Shown: piece by piece, positions 38,202 to 48,171 of the stretch
Position numbering within the stretch: the stretch's first letter is position 1
How the letters are laid out: every line of letters starts with the position of its first letter
DNA from: an uncultured Gemmatimonadales bacterium
GTDB lineage: Bacteria; Gemmatimonadota; Gemmatimonadetes; Longimicrobiales; Longimicrobiaceae
Reading direction: 5' to 3'
Assembly: GCA_963716255.1 (NCBI GenBank)
Contig: OY970303.1
Coordinates: 5,696,001 to 5,760,000 of the forward strand
DNA: 64,000 nucleotides
Notes under the pieces: model-generated
Seen by the model: the letters and a program-made list of their open reading frames with translations, nothing else
Databases searched by the model: none
What the model was told of the DNA's origin: nothing
Translations under genes and position numbers: made by a program

Positions 38202-38240
38202 CCGCGGACGCCGGCGCCAGCCGGGGGCACGCCCGAACCC
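38202..38240 (-). repeat. Internally deleted family A remnant
   Basis: Left end GGGTTCGGGCGTGCCCCCGGCTGGCGCCGG joined directly to the right-flank motif CGTCCGCGG. Confidence 0.7.
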
Positions 38241-38262
38241 GCCGTTCAAATCGCACGGAGAG

Positions 38263-38808
38263 TCACCCGCGCGGCTCGCGGGACAGCTCGAACCGCAGGC
38301 TCCCCGGCTCCGCGCCGTCGCCCGCCGCGCGGAACCCCACCCTTTCCAGCACCGCGGCCGAGGCCGCGTTTCCCGCGTCCGTGTGGGCCACGACACGCGA
38401 CACCGCCGGGTGGGCCAGCGCCCGGTCCACCAGGAAGCGGGCGAGCTCGACCGCGTAGCCGCGGCCCCGCGCCTCGGGGAGGAGCGAGTAGCCGATCTCC
38501 ACCTCGCCCTCGGGCGACGGCGGGCCCAGGTAGCCGCCGGCGCCCACCAGCACGGCGGGCTCGCCGCCATCCGCGCGGCGCACTGCGTACCAGCCCAGCC
38601 ACCCCACGACCGCGGCGCCGCCCCCCGCCAGGCGCTCGCGGAAGTATTCCTGCGCGGAGCGGTCGTACTCGCCCGGGGGCCAGCCGGCGGGGACCCGGGC
38701 GCCCAGGAGCGCGGCGAGGCGGTCCGCTCCCTCCAGCTCTGCCTCCACGTGGGCGAGCGTGGCCGCCACCAGGTCCAGCCGCGCGGTGGGGATTCGCACT
38801 CCGGTCAT
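38263..38808 (-). CDS. GNAT N-acetyltransferase
   Basis: EIGYSLLPEARGRGYA and NAASAAVLERVGF. Confidence 0.9.
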   Translation of the reverse strand: MTGVRIPTARLDLVAATLAHVEAELEGADRLAALLGARVPAGWPPGEYDRSAQEYFRERLAGGGAAVVGWLGWYAVRRADGGEPAVLVGAGGYLGPPSPEGEVEIGYSLLPEARGRGYAVELARFLVDRALAHPAVSRVVAHTDAGNAASAAVLERVGFRAAGDGAEPGSLRFELSREPRG

Positions 38809-38851
38809 CGGGCCCGTTCCGGGAAGAGGTGGTGGGGCTCGCGCGGCCGCT

Positions 38852-39409
38852 CTACGGGACCGCCGGGGCGTACGGCAGCCCGGAGTCGCGGGTGCGGGCG
38901 TACAGGACCCGGTCCACGAGGACGCCGTCCTTGAGGGTGCCGCGCACCATCACGCCCTCGCGCAGGTAGCCGGCCTTTTCCAGCACCCGCATGGAGGCCG
39001 GGTTCCAGGCGAAGACGGCGGCGAACACCCGGACCAGCTCCGGCTCCGCCAGCGCGGCCTCCGTCGCGCCGCGGACCGCCGCCGTCGCGATGCCGCGGCC
39101 CCAGTACGGCTCGCCGAGCCAGTAGCCGATCTCCGCCCCGCAGCGCTCGTCGTCGCGGCCGCGGTGCAGCGACACGGTGCCCGCCGCGCGCCCGTCCACC
39201 TCCAACGCCCAGGTGCCCGCGGGGACCGGGTCGTCGGCGGCGTGGGCCAGCCACTCGTCGGCATCCGCCTCGGTGTACGGGTGCGGGAAGCGGTCCCGGA
39301 GGTTGCGCCACACCCTGCGGTCGTCCGCGTGCAGCAGCAGCGCCTCCCGGTCCGAGCGCCGCCACGGACGCAGCAGGCAGGGGCCGCAGTCGATCTCGCG
39401 GGGGAGCAT
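38852..39409 (-). CDS. GNAT N-acetyltransferase (RimJ/RimL-like)
   Basis: EIGYWLGEPYWGRGIAT and NPASMRVLEKAGY. Confidence 0.92.
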   Translation of the reverse strand: MLPREIDCGPCLLRPWRRSDREALLLHADDRRVWRNLRDRFPHPYTEADADEWLAHAADDPVPAGTWALEVDGRAAGTVSLHRGRDDERCGAEIGYWLGEPYWGRGIATAAVRGATEAALAEPELVRVFAAVFAWNPASMRVLEKAGYLREGVMVRGTLKDGVLVDRVLYARTRDSGLPYAPAVP

Positions 39410-39416
39410 CCTGAGC

Positions 39417-39806
39417 TCAGCGCTCCATCACGACCTGGATGACGTAGGCGTTCTCGTTGCCCTGGATACGCACGCCCGGCGACGCGGGGCTCAGGTAGCG
39501 GATGGCGTGGATCCCGGTGGTGGAAAGCTGCCGCAGCGAGTCCACCCCGCCGTAGCGCGTCTCGTCCAGGTACACCACGATGCTGTTTGCCGCGAGCGGG
39601 TCCCGGAGGGAGGTGACGCCGCGGCCGCGCAGCCAGGTGGGGTGCAGCTTGCGGATCAGCTCGTACGTGTTGGGCGAGGGGTTCGCCTGGATCTCCTGCG
39701 CGGTGATCATGTCGGAGGAGCGCCCCGGGCCGCCCGTGCCCGCGGGGGCGCACGCCGCCGCCAGGGCGGCGAGCAGGAGGACCAGGACGCGCGGGATGGC
39801 TCGCAT
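39417..39806 (-). CDS. Lipoprotein with TonB plug-like domain
   Basis: LAAAC lipobox; ITAQEI...YELIRKLHPTWL...VYLDETRYG...IRYL. Confidence 0.7.
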   Translation of the reverse strand: MRAIPRVLVLLLAALAAACAPAGTGGPGRSSDMITAQEIQANPSPNTYELIRKLHPTWLRGRGVTSLRDPLAANSIVVYLDETRYGGVDSLRQLSTTGIHAIRYLSPASPGVRIQGNENAYVIQVVMER

Positions 39807-39858
39807 CGGCTCCGGGGGGGTGGCGGGGAAGGGAGGCTCCTGCCTGGCACGCCTGATT

Positions 39859-40443
39859 CTAGGCCGTGGGGCCGCCGCCGCGAAAGGATCCGTGCGGGCC
39901 GGCCTGCGCACCGGGGAGGAGGTGCTCCCACGCCAGGTCGGTCCGGACCAGCGGATGGTGCGCGGCGAGGCGCGGCAGGGCCCGCGCGAGAAAGGGCGGG
40001 ACCTCCTCCTCCGGCAGCGTGATCCAGAGGAGGAAGTGGCCGCTCCCGGTGCGCAGCGACGCCCCGTCCGCGCCGAACTCCACGACCGCGTCCGGGAGCT
40101 CGTCCCGGTGCAGCGGCATGGCGAGCTGGTCCAGGAGCGTCGCGGAAGGCGCCGCCCGGCCCAGCAGGCGGTCGCGCCAGCCGCGCCGGGGCCGGAGCGC
40201 GGGGCTGCGCAGGCGGGGCTCGCCGAAGGCGCGCAGCTCGTCCACGACGCGCTCCAGCAGGCGTCCGGCGGCCTCGTCCCACGCGTCGTCCGCGTCCCCG
40301 AAATCGGCGAAGCCGGCCGCCCGGAAGCACGCGTCCGGGTTGGCCGGAGCGGGCCACACCGCGAGCAGGGCCGCCGCCGCGGGGACGTGGCCCGCCGCGA
40401 GCGGAGGCGCCACCCTGGACCAGTGGACGCGAAAGGGCTGCAT
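39859..40443 (-). CDS. Hypothetical protein
   Basis: 194-aa ORF in an operon-like run with GC3 bias. Confidence 0.65.
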   Translation of the reverse strand: MQPFRVHWSRVAPPLAAGHVPAAAALLAVWPAPANPDACFRAAGFADFGDADDAWDEAAGRLLERVVDELRAFGEPRLRSPALRPRRGWRDRLLGRAAPSATLLDQLAMPLHRDELPDAVVEFGADGASLRTGSGHFLLWITLPEEEVPPFLARALPRLAAHHPLVRTDLAWEHLLPGAQAGPHGSFRGGGPTA

Positions 40444-40467
40444 GGCGCTTCCCGGGGACGGGGCAGG

Positions 40468-41229
40468 TCAGCCGGAGGGGCGGGCCTGCGCCGCGCCGCC
40501 GCCGAGGCGGGCGAGCAGCGCCAGCGCGTTCTCCGTGGCGGCGCCCGCGGCGGTGTTGTCGAAGATGCACCAGACCTGCCGCCCCGCGGCCGCGTGCTCC
40601 CGGAGGCGCGCGGCGAGGGCGTCCAGGTACGCGGCGTCGTACGCCGAGTAGTAGATGCGCGGCGAGCCGTGCAGCCGGTAGTACACCGGGTCCGGCGCGC
40701 CGCCCGGCTCCGCGGCCTCCGGCACCCGCGCCGGGTCGGCGGCGACGCGCGCGACCCCGTGGCCGGCCAGCAGCGCGTCCGCCTCCGGCGTGAACCAGCT
40801 CGCGTGCCGGGGCTCGCACGCCGCCGCGGCCGGCGTGCGCTCGCGGAGCGCGGCGAAGAAGCCGCCCGCGGCGGCGGCGTCGAAGTCCAGGCTGGGCGGG
40901 AGCTGCACCAGCAGGCAGCCCAGGCGGTCCCCCAGCGCCCCCGCTTCCGCGAGGAAGGCGTCGAGCGCGTCCCCGGCCCCGCGCAGCCGCAGGCCATGGG
41001 TGATCGCCTTGGGCACCTTGACGGCGAAGCGGAACGGCTCCGGGACGGCGGCGCCCCAGCGGGCGTACGTGGCGGGGCGGTGCGGGCGATGAAAGGAGGT
41101 GTTGATCTCCGCGGCGGGAAAGCGGGCGGCATAGCGCTCCAGGTGCGATCCCCCGGAGGGAAAGGCCGCCTGCCGGTCGCGCGGCAGGCTCCACCCGGCG
41201 CAGCCCACGAGGACCCCCCCGCCGCTCAA
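40468..41229 (-). CDS. DUF72 family protein
   Basis: VGCAGWS, AEINTSFH, FAVKVPKAITH, LVQLPPS, YYRLHG and IFDN; TTG start overlaps the upstream stop. Confidence 0.9.
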   Translation of the reverse strand: MSGGGVLVGCAGWSLPRDRQAAFPSGGSHLERYAARFPAAEINTSFHRPHRPATYARWGAAVPEPFRFAVKVPKAITHGLRLRGAGDALDAFLAEAGALGDRLGCLLVQLPPSLDFDAAAAGGFFAALRERTPAAAACEPRHASWFTPEADALLAGHGVARVAADPARVPEAAEPGGAPDPVYYRLHGSPRIYYSAYDAAYLDALAARLREHAAAGRQVWCIFDNTAAGAATENALALLARLGGGAAQARPSG

Positions 41230-41687
41230 GGGCGCGCGGCGGAGCCGTCCGCGGCGGCGCGGAAGCGCTCCGAGAACCGCGTCATGCGGGCGCGGTTCAC
41301 GCCCAGGTCGCTGCGCCCCACCCGCGACGCCGAGCGGAAGCGCACCACGCGCGCCCCGCCGTCCACCACCACCTCCACGTCGTCCACGAAGCGCATCAGC
41401 CGGCTGCGCGCCTCCGCGCGCAGGTAGCCCGGCGCCTCCGCGACGATGCGCGTGCGCGGCTCCGCCAGCAGCGCCGCGCGTGCGCGCGCCTGCGCCGCGG
41501 CGGGCGCGTCCGCGAAGGGGAGCGCCGGCATGGCGTGCCGGGCGTCGGCCGCCTCGGTGGAAACGCAGTTGGGAGAGGACGGGCAGGGGCGGAGCGCCTC
41601 GCCGGGGGCGGCGAGCCCGCGGGGAGCGGGATGGCACCCCCCGAGCAGGAGGACGGCGGCGAGCGCCGCGGGTGCGTTCCGGGTCAA
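41226..41687 (-). CDS. DUF1499 family lipoprotein
   Basis: LGGC lipobox; CPSSPNCVS, FVDDVE and SASRVGRSDLGVNRAR; TTG start inferred. Confidence 0.85.
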   Translation of the reverse strand: MTRNAPAALAAVLLLGGCHPAPRGLAAPGEALRPCPSSPNCVSTEAADARHAMPALPFADAPAAAQARARAALLAEPRTRIVAEAPGYLRAEARSRLMRFVDDVEVVVDGGARVVRFRSASRVGRSDLGVNRARMTRFSERFRAAADGSAARP

Positions 41688-41724
41688 CGGAGCCTCCGGG
41701 TGGCGCGGTGAATGGGCCGGCGGG

Positions 41725-41988
41725 CTAGCGGGAGTACTCCTCGGGCTCGTCCCACGACTCGGCCCAGAACTCCTCCTCGGCGCGGGCGGCCTTTTGCGGG
41801 TCGAGCGGCTCGTCGTCGTCGTCCTCGTCGCCGCCGGTGGACAGCGTCCCATGCTCCAGGATGCGGCGCAGGGCGTCGTCGTCCACCCGGGGCGGGGCGC
41901 CGGGGCGGGTCGCGGAGCGGAGGCGCGCCAGGTAGCGCAGGCCGGCCGCCCCGGCGAGCAGGGCCAGGAAGATCCAGAGCCAGGTCAT
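41725..41988 (-). CDS. Small membrane-anchored acidic protein
   Basis: N-terminal TM and acidic tail EEEFWAESWDEPEE. Confidence 0.7.
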   Translation of the reverse strand: MTWLWIFLALLAGAAGLRYLARLRSATRPGAPPRVDDDALRRILEHGTLSTGGDEDDDDEPLDPQKAARAEEEFWAESWDEPEEYSR

Positions 41989-42056
41989 GCGGCGGCGTGG
42001 TGTCGGGACCGGGGATCCGGCGGGGGCGGCGAGCGGCGGCCCCCGCCGCGGCTCGC

Positions 42057-42281
42057 TCAGCTGGAGGCGGCGTCGATCCGGGGGACGTTCTGCATCTCGC
42101 AGACCAGGGAAATGGCCTCCTCCAGGAGCGCGGGATCGAGCCGGGGATAGAAGCTCTTGGCGTGCTCCTCGATCTCGGTGCGCGACGATCCGGGACGCAC
42201 CGACGCGCGGATCGCCTGCACACGGGACTCGCGGAGCAGGCGCGCGGTCTTTTCCTCGCGGCGCTGGCGCGCCGCCGCCAT
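42057..42281 (-). CDS. Hypothetical protein (start uncertain)
   Basis: ORF MAAARQRREEK...LLEEAISLVCE; could extend upstream. Confidence 0.4.
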   Translation of the reverse strand: MAAARQRREEKTARLLRESRVQAIRASVRPGSSRTEIEEHAKSFYPRLDPALLEEAISLVCEMQNVPRIDAASS

Positions 42282-42411
42282 CTCGCTGGCAAGATCAATG
42301 GTAGACAAAATGCGACCTCCGGGTATGAGAGAGTGCTTCCGCCGTATGTAAGATAACACCCCTGTCCACCGTCCACGACCGATCCGTCCCCGCGCTTCCA
42401 CGCCGCCGTCC

Positions 42412-42473
42412 TTGACACGGCCGGACCCGCGCCGCATGCTATACCCAGTCAGCTAGGGATAGACAGCTAGGGG
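42412..42473 (+). promoter_or_regulatory. Sigma-70 promoter and putative PadR operator
   Basis: TTGACA-N17-CATGCT followed by two CAGCTAGGG direct repeats just before padR. Confidence 0.6.
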
Positions 42474-42480
42474 TCAGCCG

Positions 42481-42813
42481 ATGCAGCGCAGGAACGACGT
42501 CCTCCAGGGCACCCTCGCCCTCCTCGTGCTCCGCACGCTTTCGGCGCAGGGGCCCATGCACGGGTACGCGATCACGGCCCACATCCAGCGCGTTTCCGCC
42601 GACCTCCTCCGGGTGGAGGAGGGCTCGCTGTATCCCGCCCTGCACCGCATGGAGCAGGACGGGTGGCTGCGCAGCGAGTGGGGGACCACCGAAAAGAACC
42701 GGCAGGCGCGATTCTATTCCATCACCCCGGCGGGCGAGAAGCAGCTCGCGCGGGAGCAGGAAAGCTGGGATCGCCTCACCACCGGCGTGGGCCGCGTGCT
42801 CGGCTACGCCTGA
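42481..42813 (+). CDS. PadR family transcriptional regulator
   Basis: LQGTLALLVL, MHGYAI and EEGSLYPALHRME. Confidence 0.95.
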   Translation: MQRRNDVLQGTLALLVLRTLSAQGPMHGYAITAHIQRVSADLLRVEEGSLYPALHRMEQDGWLRSEWGTTEKNRQARFYSITPAGEKQLAREQESWDRLTTGVGRVLGYA

Positions 42814-42843
42814 CGACCGCTCCCCCGACCCGGAACTCCCGCC

Positions 42844-45522
42844 ATGGCCTGGTACCACCGCCTCCTCAACACGGCGCGCCCCGAGCGCCTTTCCCGCGAC
42901 CTGGACCGCGAGCTGGAGTTCCACCTGGCCGAGCGCGCGGACGAGCTGATGGCTGGCGGGATGGGCGAGGCGGAGGCGCGGCGCCAGGCCAGGCTGCGCT
43001 TCGGCGGGGCCGGCGTGCAGAAGGAGCGCACGCGCGAGCGCGACGTCCTCCCCTGGCTGGAATCGCTCGCGGCGGACGTGCGGTACGCGCTGCGCTCGCT
43101 GCGCGCCAGCCCGGGGTTCACCCTGGTCGCGGTCCTTTCCCTGGGGCTGGGCATCGGGGCGAACACCGCCATCTTCAGCCTGGTGGACGCGGTGATGCTG
43201 CGGTCCCTTCCCGTGAGCCGGCCCGAGGAGCTGGTGCAGGTGACGATGGGCGCCGCGTCGGGAGACTTCACCAACCCGCTGTGGGAGGAGCTGCGCGACC
43301 GGCAGGACGTGTTCGCAGGGGCGTTCGCCACCGCGGACGAGCGGTTCGACCTGGCGGGCGGCGGCGAGGTGCGCCCGGTGGACGGCGCCTGGGTCAGCGG
43401 CGGCTTCTTCGGCGCGCTGGGCGTGGCCCCGGCCGCGGGCCGCCTCCTGGCAGCGACGGACGACTTCCGCGGCTGCCCCGCCGTGGCGGTGCTGGGCCAC
43501 GGCTTCTGGCAGGGCGCGTACGGCGGCGCCGCGGGCGCCGTGGGGCGGACCGTGTCGCTGAACGGGCACCCTTTCCAGATCGTGGGCGTGGCCGGCCGCG
43601 GCTTCACCGGGGTGGAGGTGGGGAGGGCCGCGCAGGTGTTCGCGCCGCTCTGCGCCAGGGCGGTGCTGGAGGGCGGGGACGGCGGGCTGGACCAGCGCAG
43701 CTTCTGGTTCCTGCGCGTCGTCGGGCGGCTGGAGGAGGGGGTGACGCCGGCCGCGGCGCGGGCGCGGCTGGCGGCGCTGGCGCCGGCGGTCTTCGCCGCG
43801 ACGCTGCCCCCCGACTGGGACGAGGCGGGGCAGCGCGAGTACCTGAAGAACACGCTGGACGTGGTGCCGGCGGCGACCGGGCACTCCGGGCTCCGATTCC
43901 GCTACCGCGACGCGCTGCTCGCGCTCACGGGGGTGGTGGGGCTGGTGCTGCTCATCGCCTGCGCCAACGTGGCCGGCCTGCTGCTGGCGCGCGCGGCCGC
44001 CCGCCGGCGCGAGGTGGCCATCCGCCTGGCGATCGGCGCGGGGCGGGGCCGGCTCGTCCGCCAGCTGCTCACGGAAAGCCTGCTGGTGGCGCTGCTGGGC
44101 GGGGTGGTGGGCCTCGTGTTCGCGAGCTGGGCGGGCGGGATTCTGGTGCGCCTGCTTTCCACGCGGAGCAACGCCGTGCGCCTGGACCTGTCCGTGGACG
44201 CCCGCCTGCTCGCCTTCACCCTGGCCGTGTCGACGGCGACCGCCGTGCTCTTCGGGCTGGCGCCGGCGTGGCGCGCCACGCGCGTGGACCCGCACGCGGC
44301 GATGCAGGCCACGGGGCGCAGCGTGGCGGAGGGGCACTCGCGCCCGACGCTGGGGAGGGCGCTGGTGGTGGGGCAGATCGCCCTGTCGCTGGTGCTCGTG
44401 CTGGGCGCCGGCCTGATGCTGGGGACCTTCCGCGGGCTCGCCACGCTGGATCCCGGCTTCAGCAGCGAGGGGGTGCTGCTGGCCTCCGTGGACCTGCGGA
44501 ACGCGGGATTCTCCGAGGAGCGGCTGCCCGGGGTGAAGCGGGAGATCCTGGGCGCGGTGCGCGCCGTGCCGGGCGTGCGGTCGGCGAGCGCGTCGGCGCT
44601 GACGCCGGTCAGCGGGGCGGCGTGGAACGGGAGGGTGGAGGTGGACGGCTACGTGCCCACGGGGCCGCACGACGCGCTCGTCTTCTTCAACGCGGTGAGC
44701 GACGGCTTCTTCGCCACGCTGGGGACGCCGCTCCTCGCGGGGCGCGACTTCGGCCGCGGCGAGGCTGCGGGGTCGGAGCCGGTGGCGGTGATCAACCAGG
44801 CCATGGCGCGGAAGTTCTTCGGCGGCGCGAGCCCGCTCGGCCGGCGCATCGGGCTCCGGGACGGTCCGGATCCGGGGCGCTCGGTGCGGGTGGTGGGGGT
44901 GGTGGGGAACACCAAGTACCGCACGCTCCGCGAGGAGTCGGAGCCGCTGGTCTACCTTCCCCTGGAGCAGGACGCGGGCCTGGGACCCTCCCTCAGCCTG
45001 GAGCTCCGGGGGCACGGTCCGCCGGCGGCGCTGGTCCCGGCGGTGACCGCGGCGGTGGGCGGCATCGACCGCGGCATCTCGCTGCGCTACGCCACGCTCC
45101 GGGAGCAGGTGGACGCTTCGCTGACGCAGGAGCGCCTGCTGGCGACGCTCTCGGGCTTCTTCGGCGCCCTGGCGCTCCTCCTCGCGGCGGTGGGCCTGTA
45201 CGGGACCATGGCCTACAGCGTGGCGCGGCGGCGGGGCGAGATCGGCATCCGCATCGCGCTGGGCGCCGCGCGCTCCCGGGTGGTGCGGCTGGTGCTGGGC
45301 GAGGTGGGGAGGATGGTGCTGGCGGGGGTGGCGCTGGGGGCGCTGGCGGCGGCGGTGATGGTGCGCCGGGTGGCGCCCTTCCTCTTCGGCCTGGCCCCCT
45401 CGGACCCGGCCACCTGGGCACTCTCCGCGCTCACGCTCGCCGTGGCCGCGGCGGCGGCGGGCGCGCTCCCCGCCTGGCGCGCCGCGCGCGTGGATCCCAT
45501 GGACTCGCTGCGGGAGGAATGA
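42844..45522 (+). CDS. Duplicated MacB-like ABC permease (ADOP family)
   Basis: ELEFHL prefix, [41 protein letters not shown] and DPMDSLRE. Confidence 0.93.
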   Translation: MAWYHRLLNTARPERLSRDLDRELEFHLAERADELMAGGMGEAEARRQARLRFGGAGVQKERTRERDVLPWLESLAADVRYALRSLRASPGFTLVAVLSLGLGIGANTAIFSLVDAVMLRSLPVSRPEELVQVTMGAASGDFTNPLWEELRDRQDVFAGAFATADERFDLAGGGEVRPVDGAWVSGGFFGALGVAPAAGRLLAATDDFRGCPAVAVLGHGFWQGAYGGAAGAVGRTVSLNGHPFQIVGVAGRGFTGVEVGRAAQVFAPLCARAVLEGGDGGLDQRSFWFLRVVGRLEEGVTPAAARARLAALAPAVFAATLPPDWDEAGQREYLKNTLDVVPAATGHSGLRFRYRDALLALTGVVGLVLLIACANVAGLLLARAAARRREVAIRLAIGAGRGRLVRQLLTESLLVALLGGVVGLVFASWAGGILVRLLSTRSNAVRLDLSVDARLLAFTLAVSTATAVLFGLAPAWRATRVDPHAAMQATGRSVAEGHSRPTLGRALVVGQIALSLVLVLGAGLMLGTFRGLATLDPGFSSEGVLLASVDLRNAGFSEERLPGVKREILGAVRAVPGVRSASASALTPVSGAAWNGRVEVDGYVPTGPHDALVFFNAVSDGFFATLGTPLLAGRDFGRGEAAGSEPVAVINQAMARKFFGGASPLGRRIGLRDGPDPGRSVRVVGVVGNTKYRTLREESEPLVYLPLEQDAGLGPSLSLELRGHGPPAALVPAVTAAVGGIDRGISLRYATLREQVDASLTQERLLATLSGFFGALALLLAAVGLYGTMAYSVARRRGEIGIRIALGAARSRVVRLVLGEVGRMVLAGVALGALAAAVMVRRVAPFLFGLAPSDPATWALSALTLAVAAAAAGALPAWRAARVDPMDSLREE

Positions 45523-45697
45523 TATAGATCATCGTGCGGAGCGGGGGCACGGCGGCGCGCTCCGGCAGGCTCCGGTATTCGGGGTCGGCCGGGGGAGTCT
45601 GCTCCGTCGGTGCGAAACCCGAAGGGACTCGCCAGAGCATTCGCCCACGCTCCGCGCGAGCCGGGTGGGGGGCCCCCGCGGACGCCAGCGCGGGCCC

Positions 45698-45837
45698 CGC
45701 GTGAGGGATTTCGGCCCGAAGGGGCGAGACCCGGCGGGGCAGTTTCCGCCGGGTCTCGACTCCGTTGCAAACGGTAGTATCGTTTGCTACGGAGCCGAAG
45801 CCCGACCCCGGCGCCAGCCGGGGGCACGCCCGAACCC
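45698..45837 (-). repeat. Structured repeat family A, copy 7
   Basis: Stem GCAAACG/CGTTTGC with loop ATACTAC. Confidence 0.9.
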
Positions 45838-45869
45838 CGCCCTTCATCCCGTCCCGAACCTTGACCGGA

Positions 45870-46589
45870 ATGAATCCTTTCATCGAAAACCAGGTGGGAC
45901 GGGTGGCCGCGCTCTGGCGCTACCCGGTGAAGTCGATGGCCGCGGAGCCGCTAACAGAGGCGGAAGTGTCGTGGAACGGCCTGGCGGGAGACCGCCGCTG
46001 GGCCTTCGTCCGCGACGGCATGGTGCGCAGCGGCTTTCCCTGGCTGACGATCCGCGAGCGGCCGGAGATGGGCCTGTACCGCCCGCGCTTCGCGGAGCCG
46101 GGTCGGCCCGACGGGTCGGCGGTCCTGGTGCGCACGCCGGCGGGGCGCGAGCTGGACGTGGTGGACCCGGAGCTCGCCGCCGAGCTGGGGGGCGGGGTGC
46201 GCGTCCTCAAGCAGGACCGCGGGGTGTTCGACACCATGCCGCTGTCGCTCCTAACCACGCGCACCGTCGACGGCCTGGGCGAGCGGGTGGGGGCCGGGCT
46301 GGACACGCGCCGCTTCCGGCCCAACCTGCTGGTGGAGGCCGCGGACGGCGGCCCGTTTCCCGAGGACGCCTGGGTGGGCGCGGTGCTGAGGGTGGGCGGG
46401 CTGCGCATGCGCGTGGACAAGCGGGACCAGCGCTGCGTCATGGTGAACGTGGACCCGGACACGGCGTGGAGCGACCCGGCGGTCCTGCGCGCCATCGCCC
46501 GGGAGCGGCAGGGCTGCCTGGGCGTGTACGGCTCCACCGTGCAGCCGGGCCGCGTGGCCGTGGGCGACCCGGTGGTGGTGGAGGGCTGA
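45870..46589 (+). CDS. MOSC domain protein
   Basis: LWRYPVKSM, GDRRWA, RFRPNL and RCVMV. Confidence 0.92.
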   Translation: MNPFIENQVGRVAALWRYPVKSMAAEPLTEAEVSWNGLAGDRRWAFVRDGMVRSGFPWLTIRERPEMGLYRPRFAEPGRPDGSAVLVRTPAGRELDVVDPELAAELGGGVRVLKQDRGVFDTMPLSLLTTRTVDGLGERVGAGLDTRRFRPNLLVEAADGGPFPEDAWVGAVLRVGGLRMRVDKRDQRCVMVNVDPDTAWSDPAVLRAIARERQGCLGVYGSTVQPGRVAVGDPVVVEG

Positions 46590-46602
46590 GGCCCGCGGGC
46601 CG

Positions 46603-47928
46603 TCAGCGCGCCGCCGTCACGCGCCACACGGTGTTGCCCACGTCGTCCGCCACCAGCAGCGCGCCCCGGGCGTCCACCGCGACGCCCACCGGCCGCCCCA
46701 GCGCTTCGCCACGCTCGCCCAGGAAGCCGGTGAGCACGTCCACGGGCGGGCCGGACGGCCTGCCGCCCCGGAACGGCACGAAGACCACCCGGTAGCCGCT
46801 GGGCGGCCGGCGGTTCCAGGAGCCGTGCTGCCCCACGAACATCCCGCCGCGGAAGGGCGCGGGGAGGGCGGAGCCCCGCGCCGAGGCCAGCCCCAGCGAC
46901 GCGGTATGCGGCCCCAGCGCGTAGTCCGGCACCAGCGCCGCGGCCACCAGGTCTGGCCGCTGCGGCCTGACGCGCGCGTCCACGTGCTGGCCGTAGTAGC
47001 TGTACGGCCACCCGTAGAAGCCGCCGTCGCGCACGGAGGTCATGTAGTCGGGCACCAGGTCGCTGCCCAGCTCGTCGCGCTCGTTCACCGACACCCACAG
47101 CGCCCCGGTCTCCGGCTCCCACGCCATCCCCACGGGATTGCGCAGCCCCGAGGCGAAGACGCGGTGGCTCCCCGTCTTGGGGTCCACCTCCCAGACCGCG
47201 GCGCGCCCCTCCTCGTTGGCCATCCCCCGCTCCCCCACGTTGCTGTTGGAGCCCACGCTCACGTACAGCCTGGACCCGTCCGGCGAGGCGACGACGTTCT
47301 TGGTCCAGTGGTGGTTGATGCGGCCCCCGGGAAGGCCGGCGACGCGCGCGGCGGGCGCCGTGATCCGCGTCTGCCCCGCCTGGTAGGGGAAGCGGACCAG
47401 GGCGTCGCTGTTCGCCACGTACAGGTCGCCGCCCACCAGCGCCATCCCGAAGGGGGAGCTCAGCCCCTGGAGGAAGACCGTGCGCGTTTCCGCCACGCCG
47501 TCGCCGTCGGCGTCGCGGAGCAGGGAGATGCGGTCGGCGCTGGGGACCGCGGCGCCGGCCTTCTTCATGAACCGCCTCATGAACCACCCCTTGATCCCCC
47601 GGCCGTCGTCGGGCCTGGGCGGGGCGTTGGTCTCGGCCACCAGCACGTCGCCGTTGGGGAGCACGTGCAGCCAGCGCGGGTGGTCCAGCCCCGTGGCGAA
47701 GGCGCCCACCGCGGTCCCCGGCGCCGCCACGGGCGTCCTTCCGGTCGGCCACCCTCGCGCCGGGGCGACCTTCACCACCGGGATCAGCGAGGTGCGCGGC
47801 GGCGGGAGGGTGGGCTGCGGTCCGGTCCCCGCGGACACGGGGAGCCGCGCGGAGCCGCCGCACGCGGCGAGGAGCACCGCGGCGCCCGGGAGGAGCGCAC
47901 GGCGCAGTGTGGAGTGGGAGGGGATCAT
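46603..47928 (-). CDS. PQQ-dependent sorbosone/sugar dehydrogenase family lipoprotein
   Basis: LAAC lipobox; LDHPRW, GLRNPVG, VNERD, HGSWNR and VADDVGN. Confidence 0.9.
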   Translation of the reverse strand: MIPSHSTLRRALLPGAAVLLAACGGSARLPVSAGTGPQPTLPPPRTSLIPVVKVAPARGWPTGRTPVAAPGTAVGAFATGLDHPRWLHVLPNGDVLVAETNAPPRPDDGRGIKGWFMRRFMKKAGAAVPSADRISLLRDADGDGVAETRTVFLQGLSSPFGMALVGGDLYVANSDALVRFPYQAGQTRITAPAARVAGLPGGRINHHWTKNVVASPDGSRLYVSVGSNSNVGERGMANEEGRAAVWEVDPKTGSHRVFASGLRNPVGMAWEPETGALWVSVNERDELGSDLVPDYMTSVRDGGFYGWPYSYYGQHVDARVRPQRPDLVAAALVPDYALGPHTASLGLASARGSALPAPFRGGMFVGQHGSWNRRPPSGYRVVFVPFRGGRPSGPPVDVLTGFLGERGEALGRPVGVAVDARGALLVADDVGNTVWRVTAAR

Positions 47929-48021
47929 CGGCCGCTCCGGGAATCGGGTGACCTCGCGCGCCGTCGGCGCCGGCAAGCGGCGGCGCTGCAAGACACTCGC
48001 CGCGGACGCCAGCGCCCCCCT

Positions 48022-48157
48022 CGCGTGAGGGATTACGGCCCGAAGGGGCGAGACCCGGCGGCAGTTTGCCGGGGCTCGACTCCGTTACGCAGCGTTGTTT
48101 GCTGCGTTACGGAGCCGAAGCCCGACCCCGGCGCCAGCCGGGGGCACGCCCGAACCC
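48022..48157 (-). repeat. Structured repeat family A, copy 8
   Basis: Stem ACGCAGC/GCTGCGT with loop AAACAAC. Confidence 0.9.
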
Positions 48158-48171
48158 GCTGTCAAAAGCCG

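Noticed and set aside
45595..45635. GCGAAACCCGAAGGGAC resembling a c-di-GMP-I riboswitch
   Set aside because: Only a short resemblance; the second stem and tetraloop receptor are not evident, and a repeat copy separates it from the next gene.
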